From: a virus
Lineage: Duplodnaviria > Caudoviricetes
Direction: 5' to 3' (one strand)
Length of the DNA: 29,408 bases
IMG/VR virus record: IMGVR_UViG_3300011339_000112
Location: 1 to 29,408 of that record
The notes beneath the pieces were generated by a model, which was not told the origin of the DNA, made no database searches, and saw only the letters and a program-made list of their open reading frames with translations. The translations under genes were made by a program, and so were the position numbers. This document shows positions 25,587 to 29,408 of this stretch, piece by piece (position 1 is the stretch's first letter; each line of letters opens with the position of its first letter).

Positions 25587-25807
25587 ATTAATTTAGTTAT
25601 GATTGGTGCAAGTACTCCAGGTATAAATACTACCGCTATTATGTTTGTAAATAAGTCAGGCAACATAAACAAAGCAAGACCTACCCAAGCACTTAAACAA
25701 CTCGTGCAGCTAAACGGCTTAAAGTTTAACTTCCATTTGATATGCAGTTGATGTACTTCTACAAAGAATAAAGCAAAGCTTATAGCTGCTAATATTGTTA
25801 GTATCAT
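25568..25807 (-). CDS. Small membrane protein with CxxC (DUF1360-like)
   Basis: Three hydrophobic segments and a KPFSCTSCLSAWVGL motif. Confidence 0.7.
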   Translation of the reverse strand: MILTILAAISFALFFVEVHQLHIKWKLNFKPFSCTSCLSAWVGLALFMLPDLFTNIIAVVFIPGVLAPIITKLMWNLWK

Positions 25808-26280
25808 TTTCTTAATTGTTTTTTTAGTTCTTTTTTTGTTAGCTTCAATACCCTATGTATTGTCATATAAGGTATGCCTGTAACCCTGCTTAATTCTTTA
25901 GCGTTGCAGTTGTGGTTAATAGCATAAAGTCGAAGCAAGTCGCTACTAAACCAATGCAGTTTGCTTAACTCGTCTTCTACACGATTAAGCAACTCCTCAT
26001 CTCTATCGTGAAGCTCTACTTCTGCATTCAATGGTTTTCTGTATGTTCTATAAAACTGGCTTGTATTACTTTGCATCATATTAATCATTGTTCTAACTAA
26101 ATAGAACTTTAATACATTGCGCTTGTGCATATCAATTAGCTTGTCTTCGTCCATTTCACATAGCACCTTAAATAGTTCGCTGCGTAGATCGTCTTGCAAC
26201 TCTACAGGCTGCATTTTGCTGATGGCGTCTTTTAATTCTGTGCTATCCCACAACTGAACTATGATGCTATTCCGGTTCAT
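25804..26280 (-). CDS. Phage sigma-70/ECF-like transcription factor
   Basis: LQDDLRSELF region-2-like segment and a C-terminal HTH (AKELSRVTGIPYMTIHRVL). Confidence 0.7.
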   Translation of the reverse strand: MNRNSIIVQLWDSTELKDAISKMQPVELQDDLRSELFKVLCEMDEDKLIDMHKRNVLKFYLVRTMINMMQSNTSQFYRTYRKPLNAEVELHDRDEELLNRVEDELSKLHWFSSDLLRLYAINHNCNAKELSRVTGIPYMTIHRVLKLTKKELKKQLRK

Positions 26281-26569
26281 ATTCTTTTAATAATAGTTTG
26301 CCATTCTCTTCTGTTGCTATATAACATAAACATTTTGAAGCTTTTGCTAAGTTTAAAAATGCTATTTGATAACTGCTTAACTTGTCGCCTATTGCTTTTG
26401 TTTCGCAATATACTGCTACACCTTGATTTGTAAAGCCTACGACGTCAGGAACTCCCTTTAGTCCTATAAAAGTACGACCACGTACTGCAAGGTTATTGTT
26501 TCGCCATACAAAAGCACCGTTTTTATTCAGCGTCTTGATTGCTTCTTTAGTTAGTTCGTTTGCAGTCAT
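26267..26569 (-). CDS. VRR-NUC/PD-(D/E)XK nuclease (resolvase-like)
   Basis: WRNN, KGVPD, ETK and LSSYQ..F motifs. Confidence 0.85.
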   Translation of the reverse strand: MTANELTKEAIKTLNKNGAFVWRNNNLAVRGRTFIGLKGVPDVVGFTNQGVAVYCETKAIGDKLSSYQIAFLNLAKASKCLCYIATEENGKLLLKEYEPE

Positions 26570-26573
26570 AATA

Positions 26574-26606
26574 CAAAACTATATTAAATTTTTTGATATT
26601 AACAAA
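26574..26606 (-). promoter_or_regulatory. Bacteroidota primary-sigma promoter
   Basis: TTTG-N21-TAGTTTTG, a perfect match to consensus; the ATG follows after only 4 nt. Confidence 0.7.
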
Positions 26607-26608
26607 AT

Positions 26609-27463
26609 TTATTTTTTATAAGCTTCTTTAATAATCATAGGAGTCGTATGTCTTTGTATGACTCTATGATGCAATCTATTTTTAGTAAAGCCCATCATAG
26701 CTACAAACACACTGCTTGGCTGCATCATAACAGTTGTAAAACTTTTTACATATGTACCGTATTTTAAATAAGCGTCTGTCATACCACCCGCAGTTAATTG
26801 AGTTGCTTTTTGTTCAAGACCTACAAAAGGTATTGTCATAAATAAGTCACCTCTGTTGCCGTAAGTTACGTATGTGTTGACGTCTTCGTTTAATTGTCCT
26901 AAAAACCAAAACCTTCTATCTGTTGAACAGAAAAAAGAGTTCATACATTTACGACTATTAAATAAGTAGTTTTTAAGTAACCCGCACGACTCACCACCTA
27001 TAAAATCACCACCTTGAGCAAACGCAATAGATAAGAATTTATTGTTCTTATAGTACTCAAAAGTTTTAGTAAATAAATTATCAAGATTTTGAACATAGCC
27101 TTTTGTAATATATTGATCTATGTATCTGTATCTAAATACAGTATAATCGTCATCTAATACTAAAAAATACTTATATCCTAAGCTTTCAGCAATATCAAAA
27201 CAGGCGTTTCTTGCGTGTGTAGTAGTACGTCTATTATCAAAGTTGTTGCCTTCGTCTGTTTTATCAGCTATTGCTTTCTTGTCAAAAACTTTAATTCTAT
27301 GTTCACCAAACTTTTCAATGTACTCATTAATACTTTTATCTTCATTGTCTAAAACAATGTATGACGTACCAGTATAGTTATACTTATTTAGCATCGTGTC
27401 TGTGTAAACTTTATTAGGTCTATTGTTAGAAATAATAAACACAGTATAATCTTTATTCTCCAT
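26609..27463 (-). CDS. GREB1/TAGT-like GT-A glycosyltransferase (putative DNA-modifying)
   Basis: IISNNRP, ARN, LDDD, AQGGDFIGG, RKCMNSFFC, GQLNEDV, Q...GGMT and YVKSF motifs. Confidence 0.75.
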   Translation of the reverse strand: MENKDYTVFIISNNRPNKVYTDTMLNKYNYTGTSYIVLDNEDKSINEYIEKFGEHRIKVFDKKAIADKTDEGNNFDNRRTTTHARNACFDIAESLGYKYFLVLDDDYTVFRYRYIDQYITKGYVQNLDNLFTKTFEYYKNNKFLSIAFAQGGDFIGGESCGLLKNYLFNSRKCMNSFFCSTDRRFWFLGQLNEDVNTYVTYGNRGDLFMTIPFVGLEQKATQLTAGGMTDAYLKYGTYVKSFTTVMMQPSSVFVAMMGFTKNRLHHRVIQRHTTPMIIKEAYKK

Positions 27464-27851
27464 ACTCTTCTAAATATTGTTTTTTGATGTCATCGCATAG
27501 CTTAACATACCCGTACTCAATAGCTTTGTCAAAATCTATAATAACAAGTCCACTGCGTTCCATTAGTGTCTGCATTTCTTTAGAAGAGTGCGCATAATAA
27601 TCTGCTATCTTTTCATAATTAAAGACATTATGACGTCTTGCTGCATCTATAAGAAAAAACTTTTCGTCATTAGATACATTAGAACTTTCAATCTCTTTAA
27701 TAATTCTGTGAGTTTTTGACTTATCGCATAACTCTAAAATATGAGGCTTTACGTTCTTAGGCTCGTAAATAGGTGCTTCTATTTTACTTGAGTATTTTTG
27801 ATCGTCTTTGTTTGGTGCAAATTCTTGACCAAATAAGTTTATTTGTTTCAT
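27453..27851 (-). CDS. Helical partner of the TAGT-like glycosyltransferase
   Basis: KYSSKIEAPIYEP...AARRHNVFNYEKIADYYAH...LVIIDFDKAIEYG; overlaps the GT gene and is recalled as co-occurring with this GT family. Confidence 0.65.
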   Translation of the reverse strand: MKQINLFGQEFAPNKDDQKYSSKIEAPIYEPKNVKPHILELCDKSKTHRIIKEIESSNVSNDEKFFLIDAARRHNVFNYEKIADYYAHSSKEMQTLMERSGLVIIDFDKAIEYGYVKLCDDIKKQYLEEYGE

Positions 27852-28609
27852 TTAAAAGTTGTTTTGTTTTGTTTAATTTGCTCTTCAAAAAATAAAGCTA
27901 CTGCTACTGCTCTTGCTTGGTTCTTTAACCAGCTTTCAGTCCACTCATCTCTATATTGCTTTGCGCTTAGCATATCCATTTTGTTAGCTTTGTAAGTAAT
28001 AATCTCCATTAGTTTCTTTTTAGCTATTGCGCCATCTTCTTTAGTCCACTTCTTTATGCCTGTATTGTTAAGCTTTGTAAATACGCTCAATGGGTTAAAC
28101 ACTCTATCAAATGTTCTATTTTCAAGTAATTTATATTCTTGATAACTGTAATCTATTATCTCTAAATCTGTTAAGTGAGGTACTGCTTCTACTCGTTCTT
28201 GTGGTATCATTTTGCGTATTTCGTTTGCTTTTTTCTTGTACCTATCCATTACCTGACTAAAGTAAGCAGGGCTAAAGTTTTGATAGTGGTCTATAAAGTC
28301 ATTGGCTACCATTTGTTTAAACGCTACTTTGACCTCGTTTATTGTAAAGTTACCGTATTCAGTTCTTATCCAATCTTCTAAAACAGACATTTTGATTTTG
28401 TCTGGCATTACGTTTAAACCTACAAGCTGCATTATATAGATCAAGTTTTGATTAAGCACTGTTTGATTAATGCTTCTAATCCTATCCCCCGAAAATGCGG
28501 TCATAATCTCCTGTTCCGTAGGAAGTAGCGTGGATAAGGTTGTACCCGTCGAGGTTAAACTGTTCGCCTTTTGTAAGTTTTCGCTGATTGTTTGAAGTTC
28601 CTTTTGCAT
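27848..28609 (-). CDS. Putative helicase loader/replication accessory protein
   Basis: Directly downstream of and overlapping the initiator; YGNFTINEVKVAF and QNFSPAYFSQV motifs. Start position uncertain. Confidence 0.55.
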   Translation of the reverse strand: MQKELQTISENLQKANSLTSTGTTLSTLLPTEQEIMTAFSGDRIRSINQTVLNQNLIYIMQLVGLNVMPDKIKMSVLEDWIRTEYGNFTINEVKVAFKQMVANDFIDHYQNFSPAYFSQVMDRYKKKANEIRKMIPQERVEAVPHLTDLEIIDYSYQEYKLLENRTFDRVFNPLSVFTKLNNTGIKKWTKEDGAIAKKKLMEIITYKANKMDMLSAKQYRDEWTESWLKNQARAVAVALFFEEQIKQNKTTFK

Positions 28610-29186
28610 ATGTGTTTGAGTTGGTTATCCAATTATTTGCAGCCGCTTTCCAGTTTTTCATAGAGTTTTTACCTACTTTCCAACCATTACTTTCGTAGTA
28701 GTTAAAAAACTTTTCAGCTTCTATTTTTCCTTGATCTACTCCTATACGAATACTAAAATACTCTAAAGCGTCTTCTAATTTACATTTATTTTTATTAATA
28801 ATAATATCTTTATTTATATTTTCATTTTCATTTTCCATATGATGTGTCATATGTTTACTCATATGAATTTCATATGATGACTCTTCTTTGCTCTTTGATT
28901 TGCTTTTAATGTTGTTACGTCTTGACTCAGTAAACGTTTTACGCTTTTCCTTTTCAATATCAAGTCGAACGTTGTACCATAGACCTTCGTCATCTTGCAC
29001 AAATTTGCATTTCACTTGATCCCACAAGTGACCAACCGTATGATGTATCATATGATGTGTCATATGACCACGATTAAACTGAAGCATTAACAGGTCCATA
29101 TATGCACCTTTCTCTTCAAATGTCATTCCCATTGTTCCACTTACGTAGTCGCCTGGGTAAAATAAAAAAGCTGGGTCTTTTGCCAT
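28482..29186 (-). CDS. Replication initiator (DUF1376/YdaU-like N-terminus, lambda O-like)
   Basis: MAKDPAFLFYPGDY...EEKGAYMDLL N-terminus, FFNYYESNGWKVGKNSMKNWKAA C-terminal domain, and internal iterons. Confidence 0.8.
   Translation of the reverse strand: MAKDPAFLFYPGDYVSGTMGMTFEEKGAYMDLLMLQFNRGHMTHHMIHHTVGHLWDQVKCKFVQDDEGLWYNVRLDIEKEKRKTFTESRRNNIKSKSKSKEESSYEIHMSKHMTHHMENENENINKDIIINKNKCKLEDALEYFSIRIGVDQGKIEAEKFFNYYESNGWKVGKNSMKNWKAAANNWITNSNTYAKGTSNNQRKLTKGEQFNLDGYNLIHATSYGTGDYDRIFGG
28790..28876. repeat. Iteron array and AT-rich tract (candidate origin of replication)
   Basis: CATATG at 28836, 28848, 28860 and 28871, next to a very AT-rich tract at ~28790-28835. Confidence 0.65.
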
Positions 29187-29276
29187 AAAAAAAATAAACC
29201 CCGATAGGTACGAACTATCGAGGCTATTATTATTTAACCACTAAACACATAGTCGGTTCGTACTTCGCCTATGTAT
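29187..29276 (-). promoter_or_regulatory. Structured leader: two hairpins with complementary loops, the second terminator-like
   Basis: Hairpin 29245-29276 has a loop containing GUACGAA. Hairpin 29198-29224 has loop UUCGUAC and is followed by UUAUUUUUUUU and the AUG. Confidence 0.7.
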
Positions 29277-29287
29277 CTTTTATACTG

Positions 29288-29318
29288 CAAATATACACTA
29301 AATTTCAACAAGTTCAAT
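29288..29318 (-). promoter_or_regulatory. Bacteroidota primary-sigma promoter for the replication operon
   Basis: ATTG-N19-TATATTTG. Confidence 0.65.
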
Positions 29319-29408
29319 TTTCTGGCAAATAATTTTCATTTTATTTTTAAACCAATCTTCTGTTTCTATTAGGTTATTTGCTTGTTTTATGTTATGTATT
29401 GCGGTAGT
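29298..29408 (-). CDS. Partial gene, C-terminus of a DnaA_C-like HTH protein
   Basis: Open frame TTAIHNIKQANNLIETEDWFKNKMKIICQKIELVEI*, resembling the (DH)TTVIH helix of DnaA domain IV. Confidence 0.55.
   Translation of the reverse strand, partial: TTAIHNIKQANNLIETEDWFKNKMKIICQKIELVEI

Noticed and set aside
164-28381. All plus-strand ORFs in the track
   Set aside because: They are short antisense shadows of well-supported minus-strand genes, with no motifs or initiation context.
28482-28609. 128-nt overlap of initiator and loader as a recoding site
   Set aside because: No convincing slippery sequence; a downstream start (MTAFSG) or an ordinary overlap explains it.
1-29408. Alternative genetic code, tRNA genes, introns or inteins
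   Set aside because: Genes are intact and densely packed under the standard code, no cloverleaf was seen in the short intergenic gaps, and terL and the MCP are uninterrupted.

Overview
A 29.4 kb segment of a tailed dsDNA phage (siphovirus-like) genome in which every credible gene lies on the minus strand. The host is probably a Bacteroidota species, inferred from TTTG-N19-21-TAnnTTTG promoters, A-rich starts without Shine-Dalgarno sequences and gene families typical of such phages. In transcription order (right to left): a partial DnaA_C-like HTH gene; a structured leader; a replication initiator with internal CATATG iterons and a probable loader; a two-gene GREB1/TAGT-like glycosyltransferase module; a VRR-NUC nuclease; a sigma-like factor; two CxxC proteins; an LpxA-like acyltransferase + GT2 + GT-B operon; HNH, TerS and TerL; a host-promoter-driven cluster of tiny genes; a tail-assembly-chaperone pair joined by a predicted -1 frameshift; tail genes and tape measure; protease, scaffold, capsid and tail tube; a portal with wHTH and MuF-like extensions; adaptor and terminator; a modular fibre; and a lysis cassette (holin, unimolecular spanin, GH24 endolysin). 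The most notable observations are a stand-alone paralog of the sigma factor's DNA-binding domain coupled to a repeat-flanked membrane-protein gene, a two-hairpin complementary-loop leader that ends in a terminator just before the replication initiator, a minimal LpxA-like enzyme with catalytic residues retained next to two glycosyltransferases, and a candidate late-promoter motif (ATATTTA). Product calls come from motif recognition only; no database searches were run.
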